IMG/VR virus record: IMGVR_UViG_3300032373_001179
Location: 1-25,077 of that record
Reading direction: 5' to 3' (one strand)
Source: a virus
Lineage: Duplodnaviria > Caudoviricetes
DNA: 25,077 nucleotides
In this document: one piece after another, positions 16,898 through 25,077 of the stretch
Layout of the letters: every line of letters begins with the position of its first letter
Position numbering within the stretch: position 1 is the stretch's first letter
Position numbers and translations under genes: made by a program
The notes under the pieces: model-generated
Told to the model about the DNA's origin: nothing
The model's input: only the letters and a program-made list of their open reading frames with translations
Databases searched by the model: none

Positions 16898-17884
16898 ATG
16901 AAAGCAGAATATAAAATCACCGCAGACGGACAAGATGTGACCCAAGCAATTGCCTCACGTTTAGTATCACTCACCCTCAAAGATGAGCGTGGTAGAGACA
17001 CTGACACGCTGGACATCGTGCTTGATGATAGGCCTGATTTGCAGGGCAATTATATCGAAATGCCCAGAAAAGGCGTGACACTTGATGTGTCGTTAGGCTT
17101 TGATGGTAAGCTGAATAATATGGGCTCTTTTGTTGTAGACGAAGTACGGGCAACAGGAACAGCCGAAAAGCTTACAATTTCGGCGAAGGCTGCAAACATG
17201 AAGGATAGCTTGAAAGAAAGACGTACACGTGGCTTGAACAATATTTCTCTTGGTGATTTGGCAGCAACAATTGCAGCTGAACATGGTTTAAAAGCAAGAG
17301 TGTCTGCTGCTTTGGCAGACATTATTATTCCGAGAGTGGATCAGCTGGATGAATCCGAGTATAATTTATTATATCGTATAGGCAAAAACCTCGGAGCAGT
17401 CATCCAGTTTTCACATGAGTATTTGTTAATTGTCCCACGTGGCGAAGCGAAAACAGTATCAGGTTTGGGGATGCCATCAGTAACATTACAGAAGCATCAG
17501 CTAGTGGGCTGGGATATCACTTTTGCAGACCGTGACCACTATCAGTCGGTTACCACAAAATATAGAGACATTGCGCAAGCTATTGATGTGAAAGTGACCG
17601 TTGGAAGTGGCAGGCCACAATATGTTGTTCGTATTCCGTTTGCCGATAAACAAACCGCAACACAAGAAGCTGAAGCCAAGCTTAAATCTCTAAATCGTGG
17701 TTTGGGTACAGCATCAATTACTACACAGGGTGATGCGCGTTTAATTGCTGAGTCACAGGTGACACTTGAAGGCATGCGCTCAGGATTGAATGGTGTATGG
17801 GAAGTGGATGTGGCCACGCATACACTGAACAAGAATAGCGGCTGGATGGTGACCTTAGATTTAGAAATAAACCCACAACAATAA
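16898..17884 (+). CDS. Late control / baseplate hub protein D
   Basis: RL.SLTL.D.RG...D.L.I.LDDR, MG.F.VDEV...G, DQ..ES..NLL.R; ATG 16898 preferred. Confidence 0.92.
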   Translation: MKAEYKITADGQDVTQAIASRLVSLTLKDERGRDTDTLDIVLDDRPDLQGNYIEMPRKGVTLDVSLGFDGKLNNMGSFVVDEVRATGTAEKLTISAKAANMKDSLKERRTRGLNNISLGDLAATIAAEHGLKARVSAALADIIIPRVDQLDESEYNLLYRIGKNLGAVIQFSHEYLLIVPRGEAKTVSGLGMPSVTLQKHQLVGWDITFADRDHYQSVTTKYRDIAQAIDVKVTVGSGRPQYVVRIPFADKQTATQEAEAKLKSLNRGLGTASITTQGDARLIAESQVTLEGMRSGLNGVWEVDVATHTLNKNSGWMVTLDLEINPQQ

Positions 17885-17890
17885 CAAAAA

Positions 17891-17990
17891 GAAGCGGCTG
17901 GATGATGCTGTAACATCACCCAACCACCGTACTACACTGCAAGAACAGTGAGCACAGCCAAGGCTTCCCTGTCTGACCAGACGCGGAGAG
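17891..17990 (+). promoter_or_regulatory. Multi-stem structured leader upstream of the methylase gene
   Basis: GAAGC(17891-95)/GCTTC(17963-67) enclosing hairpins 17896-17925 (10/12 paired) and CACTG/CAGTG (17935-50); further GTCTG/CAGAC (17971-82). Confidence 0.55.
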
Positions 17991-18018
17991 CTTACATTAA
18001 AACTGGAGCCTCACAATT

Positions 18019-18279
18019 ATGAAATCAAAACCGATTATACCGTGGATAGGCGGCAAGCGCCGTTTGGTTAAAGATATCCTGCCTATGTTCCCTGAACATA
18101 CATGTTATGTGGAGCCATTCTGTGGTGCCGCTGCGTTATTGTTTGCCAAGGATGAATCCAAGTGTGAAGTGCTGAATGATATCAATGGTGAGTTGATGAA
18201 TTTGTATCGCATTCTTCAGCATCACTTAGAAGAATTTGTGAAGCAATTTAAGTGGGCTTTTTTTGTTCGTATATTGTAA
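18019..18279 (+). pseudogene. Truncated D12-class N6-adenine DNA methyltransferase (Dam-like)
   Basis: PIIPWIGGKRRL, H.CYVEPF.G.AA, EVLNDINGEL.NLYR; similarity ends at FKWA after ~80 aa; no DPPY catalytic motif in any downstream frame before the prophage end. Confidence 0.88.
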
Positions 18280-18356
18280 TAGCGTTGCACATGATGCAAC
18301 AGCCATGTTTTGTACTTATATCACCTTTTACCTACAATTTATCGCGCGCCGCATCA
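18261..18356 (+). other. Putative prophage right end with degenerate transposase-binding repeats
   Basis: TTTTGTTCGTATAT (18261-74) and TTTTGTACTTATAT (18308-21) match 12/14; weaker TTTTACCTACA (18326-36); terminal TTATCGCGCGCCGCATCA ends in CA. Confidence 0.6.
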
Positions 18357-18378
18357 TTCGCGCATTCTTCCCCTCCTT
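18357..18378 (-). pseudogene. SD and first three codons (MRE) of a gene interrupted by the prophage
   Basis: Minus strand reads AAGGAGG-ggaaga-ATG CGC GAA|TGA, with the TG being the proposed phage terminus; TTGCAA-17-CATTCT promoter-like sequence at 18427-18399. Confidence 0.55.
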
Positions 18379-18591
18379 TCATCTCGTAGTAATGGGGTAG
18401 AATGTTTGAATATATCAGTATTTGCAATGGCTAACAAATGATTAACCCACGAAACAAGATCTAAACCCTGAATACCTGCTTCAAGCACCACATGTGGCAG
18501 CGATTAAAACAATTGAAACGGGTTGAATGGTTTTTATGTTTGGCGTTGTTTCATGGTGTTTTAGTAAAAGATGATTTGAAGTGTTAAAAAA

Positions 18592-18638
18592 TGGGGTGGA
18601 CGACGGGGCTCGAACCCGCGACCACCGGCATCACAAGC
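18592..18638 (-). tRNA. 3' half of tRNA-His(GTG); attachment-site duplicate, not a complete tRNA
   Basis: Minus strand: TTGTGAT anticodon loop, GCCGG, TGGTC, GCGGG-TTCGAGC-CCCGT T-arm, CGTCCAC-C-CCA (C73 discriminator); no D-arm or 5' acceptor strand upstream. Confidence 0.92.
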
Positions 18639-18821
18639 TAGTGCCATCTACGTTTTAAGTCGTTAACATAAGTTGCTAATCGTTTAATGTCAACATTATA
18701 TAATAGATTTAGTTGATACTAAATACCCCATTTACCCCTATACTCAACACCAGTTTCGGGCACCGTATGATAATAATAGAAAGTCACTATTGCGTACTTT
18801 TTGATACCCAGCTAAAGTCAC

Positions 18822-19376
18822 ATGATGGATAAGAACTCGAACAAGCGTCAAAAGTCTGATTCAAAAAAGGTAGAGCTCTTGACTGAGCTTACCTTAAACC
18901 AAATATCTGGACTTCACCCTCGCGCAAAAAAGCTAATCTTAGAGAACCCCTACCCCTCTCTTGCCAGTATTTCAGAAGCCGATTGGCCCAGAGAAGTTAT
19001 TTTAACTTTGTTGAAATTACATCCAATAATCATTCGAAGAACTGAGAATAAAATCGAATGCGTAGGCAATATCCGAATGTACCAAATCTCCTGTAAGTTT
19101 CTTCAGTTAAAGGACACCGTATCCGTGCTTGAAGTCAGAAGCAGGCTAAACAAGGAAATTGATAAGCTATACTGGGCAGAGAACCTGCTTTTACCAATCA
19201 TCACTGACCTTGGGCCTAAACGACATTTACGGCTTCATGAGTACTGGGGGAAATTCAAATCCCTAGAAGTTTCGTTATGGAAAAATACGCCATTTGACTC
19301 AATAAAATCACTTGATGGTTTTGCTAAATTAATAAGAGTAAATAAAACAAGGCTCACAAAAAAAGAGCTTCAATGA
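18822..19376 (+). CDS. Hypothetical basic protein with ParB/Srx-like motif
   Basis: HPIIIRR....IECVGNIRMY resembles the ParB PI.V......Y.II.G.RR box; possible C-terminal HTH; ATGA overlap with the next gene. Confidence 0.55.
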   Translation: MMDKNSNKRQKSDSKKVELLTELTLNQISGLHPRAKKLILENPYPSLASISEADWPREVILTLLKLHPIIIRRTENKIECVGNIRMYQISCKFLQLKDTVSVLEVRSRLNKEIDKLYWAENLLLPIITDLGPKRHLRLHEYWGKFKSLEVSLWKNTPFDSIKSLDGFAKLIRVNKTRLTKKELQ

Positions 19377-21937
19377 ATGTAACTTCCCCAAGCATCTGTC
19401 CCGACCATAAAAAATTACTTTCGTTTGCAGCAGGCCACGGAGTTTCAGAGTTGCATGTGCGTGAGTTTCTTTGGGAAATAAATGCAATCTCTGATCTGCA
19501 TCTTATTGTTCACATAGCGGAAAAAATCAGAGATGCTTTATTAGAAGTTGAGGCTGTTAGTCCTCATATCCTGTTTTGCTCGCCCTATAACAAATGGCTC
19601 ACTATTACGGAATTCATTATTGAATATCGAGTCGCACTAGCTGCCATTATTGGACCGCATATTCTTGATGCTGATAAAAGTAAGCCTCAGAAGTCTAAGC
19701 ACCCTCTTTTTGGAAAAGGATTGATTCGGAACCCACTATATTGTTCCTTAGTAAATGGCCATGAGACAGATACTTATGATTCATTGTACCAACACCTAAG
19801 AGTCCACATCCTTCTAGGGCATGCGAAATTAATGCGCGACCACACATCTTTAGAGGAGTATGAAAGTTTTGCCGGTAACAACTCAATACTAGGCAGCCGA
19901 AATAGCTCAGTTCAAGAATCCTGTAAACTTTTTCGGGACTTGGGCGCGTACACCAAAGTAGCTGACCTTATGCGCTTAGAAGAGAAAGTTCTTTTGAAAG
20001 CATACCGTCAAGAATTAGCGCCACTGCCGCTCATTTATAACACCAACTTGGTGTTTGGCGTTTATTTAGCAGATAAGCACTACAACTCAAAAAATGAAAG
20101 CCAGTACGACACCACTATCAAATTGGGCCGACTCTTTGGCTACGTATATTCAGGAATTGATCCGAACGATAGATCTGGGGGAGGAGGTAATAGAGGGCGG
20201 TTTAAATTTGTAAACCATGATGGATTCACTCATTTATCACCTACGCTATCAAAGCTCCCTCTTTATTTTGAATACCCTGATGATGCCGAAGAAAATGCCA
20301 TTAATATTACACAAATGCGCGGACATGTTGATTTGAGTAAATATGAAAATATCGACATGTCGATTTCCGAAGTTGGCACAGGTAATGACACCTACCTTGT
20401 TAGCTCAGGCAAAGCTGATACCCGCCCATATTTAACGCGTGTCTTGGCTGCTAGGGGTGCCATTCGGCATATTACAATGGCCAACCAGTTGCATCTGAGT
20501 CGATGGTCAGGGGGCACACTCTGGGAAATAACACAACTTGTTACGCACTGCAGCGACAAATTCAGAAGCGTCATTCAAAACCAAAGTTCTGAGCCTGGTG
20601 GCAGATTAGTTTTAGAAACCATCGTCTTGATTATGATAATGCTATGGACGGGCAGCACACTCAAACGTGCATTAAAAACAAAAATATTATCTAAAAATGA
20701 CATTGATAATTCCGAACTACTTTATATCTCTGATCAACACGACTGGCGATTACACAATAATTTAATTGACCGCAAGCTTCAGCCGAACAAGTTACAAGTT
20801 GATTTAACTCGGTTTAAATCAGATGAAATATTCTTACCTGATATCTTTAGTATTGGATCATTTTTAACAAAACTTGAGGGAACTGCGCCAGGCCAACCTC
20901 TATTTTCACCATCAAACCTAAAGAAATACCAAACTTCCATTAAAACCCTTATAAGAGAGCTACCAGATGGTCATCGTATCACTGAGAGTAAAATTTCCAA
21001 TTTTCTATTCGACCTTATTCTCGATAAAACTTGCGGTGATGTTACTAGCGCCTCTCTGATCACGAATACTCCCCACCGACTTTCTCAGTCATCACTGCAC
21101 TATGCAACACCATCAATGATCGATATTCGCCAACTATATTCACAAGCAGTTACGAGCGCGTTTCAAAGTATTTACCTAGAGTTGGGCAAAAATCCTCCTA
21201 CTGCAAAAGAAACAGACCATCCCCCGCTTAAAGACATTTACATTGGTAGTGATTTTTGCCCAAAAGCTAGCACTATCAAAGATATGGTCCTTCGCTTAAA
21301 GGAAGAAGTATCCACGCCGTTGTCAGCGAGGTACTTGAAGTCTCTTGTCCGTTATCATAATGTATATACAGCCTACACATCAAAAATGATCTGTTTTGCT
21401 ACCGGAATCCGGGCTACTAGCTTCCCATATATACGTCTTGATGATATTGATCCAGAAACAGGGTTTACTGTTATCTCAGATAAAGATTATGCGGATAACT
21501 ACAACTCTAGGCTGGCTTGGGTGCCTAATATAGTTCAGCAACAACTAAAACATTACGAGATGCATCAAGCTACTATCCTAGACATCATTCTTGTCTTACA
21601 TGGGCCTACAGATTGCCCTCAACATTATATGTTTTTACTTAAAGATAATTTTTCAACTGTTCCACTCAAGCCAAAAAACCTTCAAATGGTTACTGAAAAT
21701 TCTTTCCCGCTACCACAAAATGTAAATCGTCGTTACCTAAGAACGGTATTACAAGAGCAAGGCTGCTCGTTGGAGACTATAAACTGCTTTATGGGCCATT
21801 GGTCGAGAGGGGAAGAACCATGGAGCAAACACTCTTCATTTTCCTATGCAGATTTTGCATTCGAACTCACTAACCATATACCGAAAATCTTACATGAACT
21901 TGGATGGCAGGCTAAAAAGAGTCTTATCTCGCTATGA
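19373..21937 (+). CDS. Large tyrosine-recombinase-like protein with degenerate active site (854 aa)
   Basis: C-terminal ATGIR (R), SDKD (K), NVNR (HxxR-like), FMGHW; no Tyr at the canonical distance after GH. Confidence 0.75.
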   Translation: MNVTSPSICPDHKKLLSFAAGHGVSELHVREFLWEINAISDLHLIVHIAEKIRDALLEVEAVSPHILFCSPYNKWLTITEFIIEYRVALAAIIGPHILDADKSKPQKSKHPLFGKGLIRNPLYCSLVNGHETDTYDSLYQHLRVHILLGHAKLMRDHTSLEEYESFAGNNSILGSRNSSVQESCKLFRDLGAYTKVADLMRLEEKVLLKAYRQELAPLPLIYNTNLVFGVYLADKHYNSKNESQYDTTIKLGRLFGYVYSGIDPNDRSGGGGNRGRFKFVNHDGFTHLSPTLSKLPLYFEYPDDAEENAINITQMRGHVDLSKYENIDMSISEVGTGNDTYLVSSGKADTRPYLTRVLAARGAIRHITMANQLHLSRWSGGTLWEITQLVTHCSDKFRSVIQNQSSEPGGRLVLETIVLIMIMLWTGSTLKRALKTKILSKNDIDNSELLYISDQHDWRLHNNLIDRKLQPNKLQVDLTRFKSDEIFLPDIFSIGSFLTKLEGTAPGQPLFSPSNLKKYQTSIKTLIRELPDGHRITESKISNFLFDLILDKTCGDVTSASLITNTPHRLSQSSLHYATPSMIDIRQLYSQAVTSAFQSIYLELGKNPPTAKETDHPPLKDIYIGSDFCPKASTIKDMVLRLKEEVSTPLSARYLKSLVRYHNVYTAYTSKMICFATGIRATSFPYIRLDDIDPETGFTVISDKDYADNYNSRLAWVPNIVQQQLKHYEMHQATILDIILVLHGPTDCPQHYMFLLKDNFSTVPLKPKNLQMVTENSFPLPQNVNRRYLRTVLQEQGCSLETINCFMGHWSRGEEPWSKHSSFSYADFAFELTNHIPKILHELGWQAKKSLISL

Positions 21938-24900
21938 ATTCAATTGATAATCTTATTTGGAACCCAATTAAAAACAAAAGCTCATATATGCACGCTGTTT
22001 GGAGCACTGTCAGGCGCAACCTAACTAACAAACATCTTAAAGCTCTTGATAGCCTAATTCAGCACCTTCTATCAAACCTTAATGAAACCTCATTTTACAT
22101 CCTCACAAATGAACATTTGTACCCAGAGTTTAATGAACAAGGAAAAAAGAAAAGGGCAAGTACAATCACCGAAAAACACATCCTAGATTTAATTGACCGC
22201 ATCTTTGCAAAAGAAGAAAACAAAGGAGCATATAAGGACATTATTACGGTACTCGGATTAGTTATCGATAAAGGCAATATAGATGAAATCTGGGCGCTTC
22301 CCGCGGTACCCATTCCTATAACCGTAAAGCGCGAAAAAAACCCCTTCAAGTTTCAACGGTTTCACGCACTAAAGCCCGGAAGAATTTGGGCGGAAACTGT
22401 TATAAAATCAATTCAGTTAAACTTGCCGCTAAGTGATAACGCCAAAGTTGGACGAATATTAACTTGCGCAATCTCGCGGGGCGGGCTACTGGATAAAAAC
22501 TCTGTAGAGGCGCTTCTCAAGCAACTAAATACGCCACTATTATTGGCTAATGACATTAGCTCCATCGATCTTTCTATTCGGTGGAATGGCAGAGAAAATC
22601 AAGAGTATCGACGGTGGTTTCCAGATGCGCTGTCAGAAATGTTGATCCTAAGAAACGACATCACTATTCCGGAAAATACTACTAGCACAGCCTGGTATTA
22701 TATCAGAGCCTTTTTCAAAGAATCTAAGACTGAGGCTGAGTCTAAGGCACCAAAGAGCTTAACAAAACTTATTGATGCTATCGCTCTTGGCATTGAACTA
22801 AAGCTACCAATGTTTATAGCTGAGTATGCAACCCGTAAAAATATATCTCATTCACTTAAACGCAGCGCTTGGCTCCGCTTACAGGGTACAGAAAACTTAC
22901 TAGAAGATGAGCAACCACAATTAGACATAACTCAGAACTGTAACGAAGAATCGTTTGAAGATTTTGGACTTATGGATTGGGACAAAGAGATACGTAGCGC
23001 CTTGCGGAAAGTCACACTGCGTGACGCTCAAGATGCCCTTAAAGATATTAAACCTAAAGAAGGCTCATTACCTCTCGCAACTTACATGCTAGGCTGGGTA
23101 AGGCACCTTGTTGCCCACGGTTCTAAATTTAGCAATAGGCTGAGCATCAGCACTATTCGCACCTATTTCAGTCGCGCATCTAGCCGTATTTATGGCGCCG
23201 TAGGGGACCAAGATGTGCTTACCTTCAATATTGAGGCCTTTGAAGAAGCATATATTCAAATCTTAGAAGATGAAGATAAATCTAGGCGTAATATTGCGCG
23301 CGCTCTTCGTGAATTTCACCACTACCTCGCTCTCACTTACCAAGTTCCCGAACTGGACAACTCGATACTCGGTTTGAATAACACCCTTTCTCACGTGGAC
23401 GCAAACATTATCTCAATTGAAGAGTATGAGAAAACACTTCAACTTTTAGATGCAAGCGATTTGGAATTAATACACCCCGATTTACCAAAGATTGCAAAGC
23501 TTATGACTATTATCGCATTTCGATGTGGCTTACGCCGCAGCGAAGTTTTAAAGCTCAGGCTGATGGATATTCAAGGGCAAGCTTTAACCGAAGCTCTTGT
23601 GCGCCCTCATGCCGCAAGACGTTTGAAAAGCCCTAGCTCAAAACGCAGGGCATTGCTTTATGCCTACTTAGATGATTATGAAATGGGCCTTTTTTTAGAC
23701 TGGGTCAAAAATCGAACCTTGCAACAAGAGAGACGGAAATACTCTCCGTTTCTTTTTAGCATTCCAAACAGGCGGTTTGTTTTCGTTCCTGAAGAGTTAA
23801 TTTTTCCAGCCATACATCAGGCGCTACGGTTGGCCACAGGTGATGAAACTGTGCGGTTTCATAGCCTTAGACATTCATGTGCTTCGTGGAACATATTACG
23901 TTTGATGTGCGCAGATCATGGCGTTCCAGAGAAATTCTTTGCTCATCAGGAGAAGACACTTGGTTGGCTTGGTGAATCAAAGGCGTTTAAGAACACTGTG
24001 TGCCAGCATGACCACCCAACAAGAAAGCATTTGTATGCATCCACCGCCCAACTTGGTCACGCTAGCTCAGCAATGACACTAGAACATTATATTCATTGGT
24101 GCGACATCATGTTGCACCATGCCCTAAATAAGCACCTCCAACCCATAGATAAACAATTATGGATCAGGGCATCTGGTATGTCCCAAGCTTCCACTTATAG
24201 ACTGTTAAACAAAGATGGTGAGTTAGGGCTCCTGAATAAAGCACGAAAGCAGCACGCTCATAAAATAGCGCTTTTGAATAAAAAGAAAGGTTCAGCCCTA
24301 TCAGCAGACAAAAAAGAAAATATAAACACTGCTTACCCCTTCATTCTCCGAGCCTGGAAACTCCTTTATTCACACAGCCATGATAATATACCGCTCAGTG
24401 ACTTGGCTGAACGACATGCCTTCACTATCATAGAAGCAGAGCAGTTAGTTAAGCATGCTTCAATCGTTAGCATGATGCGTCATTCAGGACGACATAGCAG
24501 CTTTAAACATCGATTCATGGTTTCAGATAAAACGGGCGAAAGACTACTCTGCCCAAGAAGACCTACCACTAATTTAGGTATGATACTTGCAGAGGACTTC
24601 GCTGAGCGACTTCTGCACCTACAACAAAAGCACTATGACCATTATGATTTTCTAATCAGCACCTACATAGAAAATGCAAAAGCATCCTCCAACGAAATGG
24701 TTTTCAAAACACCCAAGCTCGCCAAACTATTCCTTGAATCCATGTCCCTCCTTAACATTCCCAATGAACAATTAACAATAAACTGGCTTCATGGGTCAGC
24801 AATTGGAAAAAGCGATACTGACCGCAAACAATATTGGGCTAATAATCTAGCTCTTTCTGAGAGTAGTGAGTTCGAATCAAAGGAGATTAGTACTACCCGC

Positions 24901-25077
24901 CCCCTAGGTGAAAACGGATGGGTGAGTATCCGAATTCACGACTACCTAATTGATAAGGGCAGTTTGGCTCAGTCTACTGAAGCTTTCCGGTTTGTGTTCA
25001 TTATGTGTGCCATTTTGTATAGAGCTAACAAACCATTAACAAATGAAGGTCAGGGTACATCAAATGATGTAAACTGA
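21934..25077 (+). CDS. Large tyrosine recombinase/integrase (1047 aa)
   Basis: Full catalytic set CGLRRSE, RLKS, FHSLRH, LGHASSAMTLEHY; SAM-like core-binding region (STIRTY...ALREFHHYL); C-terminal HTH-like segments. Confidence 0.9.
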   Translation: MNSIDNLIWNPIKNKSSYMHAVWSTVRRNLTNKHLKALDSLIQHLLSNLNETSFYILTNEHLYPEFNEQGKKKRASTITEKHILDLIDRIFAKEENKGAYKDIITVLGLVIDKGNIDEIWALPAVPIPITVKREKNPFKFQRFHALKPGRIWAETVIKSIQLNLPLSDNAKVGRILTCAISRGGLLDKNSVEALLKQLNTPLLLANDISSIDLSIRWNGRENQEYRRWFPDALSEMLILRNDITIPENTTSTAWYYIRAFFKESKTEAESKAPKSLTKLIDAIALGIELKLPMFIAEYATRKNISHSLKRSAWLRLQGTENLLEDEQPQLDITQNCNEESFEDFGLMDWDKEIRSALRKVTLRDAQDALKDIKPKEGSLPLATYMLGWVRHLVAHGSKFSNRLSISTIRTYFSRASSRIYGAVGDQDVLTFNIEAFEEAYIQILEDEDKSRRNIARALREFHHYLALTYQVPELDNSILGLNNTLSHVDANIISIEEYEKTLQLLDASDLELIHPDLPKIAKLMTIIAFRCGLRRSEVLKLRLMDIQGQALTEALVRPHAARRLKSPSSKRRALLYAYLDDYEMGLFLDWVKNRTLQQERRKYSPFLFSIPNRRFVFVPEELIFPAIHQALRLATGDETVRFHSLRHSCASWNILRLMCADHGVPEKFFAHQEKTLGWLGESKAFKNTVCQHDHPTRKHLYASTAQLGHASSAMTLEHYIHWCDIMLHHALNKHLQPIDKQLWIRASGMSQASTYRLLNKDGELGLLNKARKQHAHKIALLNKKKGSALSADKKENINTAYPFILRAWKLLYSHSHDNIPLSDLAERHAFTIIEAEQLVKHASIVSMMRHSGRHSSFKHRFMVSDKTGERLLCPRRPTTNLGMILAEDFAERLLHLQQKHYDHYDFLISTYIENAKASSNEMVFKTPKLAKLFLESMSLLNIPNEQLTINWLHGSAIGKSDTDRKQYWANNLALSESSEFESKEISTTRPLGENGWVSIRIHDYLIDKGSLAQSTEAFRFVFIMCAILYRANKPLTNEGQGTSNDVN

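Larger units (their letters stand above)
1..18356 (+). mobile_element. Mu-like transposable prophage (head and P2-like contractile tail modules, right end); left part lies outside the window
   Basis: Contiguous co-oriented virion genes in Mu head order followed by P2 tail order, then a methylase remnant and a CA-terminated end-like sequence at 18356. Confidence 0.9.
18592..25077 (+). mobile_element. Integrative element / genomic island at tRNA-His with a three-gene recombinase module (continues beyond the window)
   Basis: att-like tRNA fragment whose missing 5' half points right; adjacent tyrosine recombinase genes; visibly more AT-rich with different codon usage (many CTA/ATA codons) than the prophage. 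Confidence 0.8.

Noticed and set aside
7108-17884. Stand-alone tailocin / contractile injection system
   Set aside because: Contiguous with intact portal, protease and capsid genes
18258-18264. T7 tract as a phase-variable or frameshift switch for the methylase
   Set aside because: Neither alternative frame yields methylase-like sequence or DPPY, and there is no room before the prophage end
18592-18670. Complete tRNA-His gene
   Set aside because: D-arm, 5' acceptor strand and most of the 5' anticodon stem are absent
560-22349. Numerous short overlapping or antisense ORFs in the six-frame track
   Set aside because: They are shadows of well-supported genes, with no SD or recognisable motifs
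1-25077. CRISPR array
   Set aside because: No regularly spaced repeats seen; the only repeat pair is 2.5 kb apart

Overview
Two adjacent mobile elements. (1) 1-18356 is the right half of a Mu-like (transposable) myovirus prophage. It has a Mu-type head module: portal, MuF with a C-terminal nuclease-like domain, gpG, protease/scaffold, cement protein, major capsid, gp36 and gp37. A P2-type contractile tail module follows: V, W, J, I, split fibre genes, sheath, tube, E/E' frameshift chaperone, tape measure, U, X, D. After these come a truncated D12-class adenine methylase and a probable right end (...GCATCA at 18356) that interrupts a minus-strand gene after its third codon. (2) From 18592 rightwards is an integrative element bounded by a 3' half of tRNA-His(GTG). 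It carries three overlapping genes: a ParB-like protein and two very large tyrosine-recombinase-like proteins, one apparently catalytically degenerate. The most interesting non-coding signals are a possible kissing-loop RNA directly behind the MuF-nuclease gene (which has no immunity ORF), two related clusters of CsrA/RsmA-type GGA-loop hairpins bracketing the tail-fibre module, and a multi-stem leader in front of the methylase. All family assignments come from motif recognition and synteny by eye; no database search was run.
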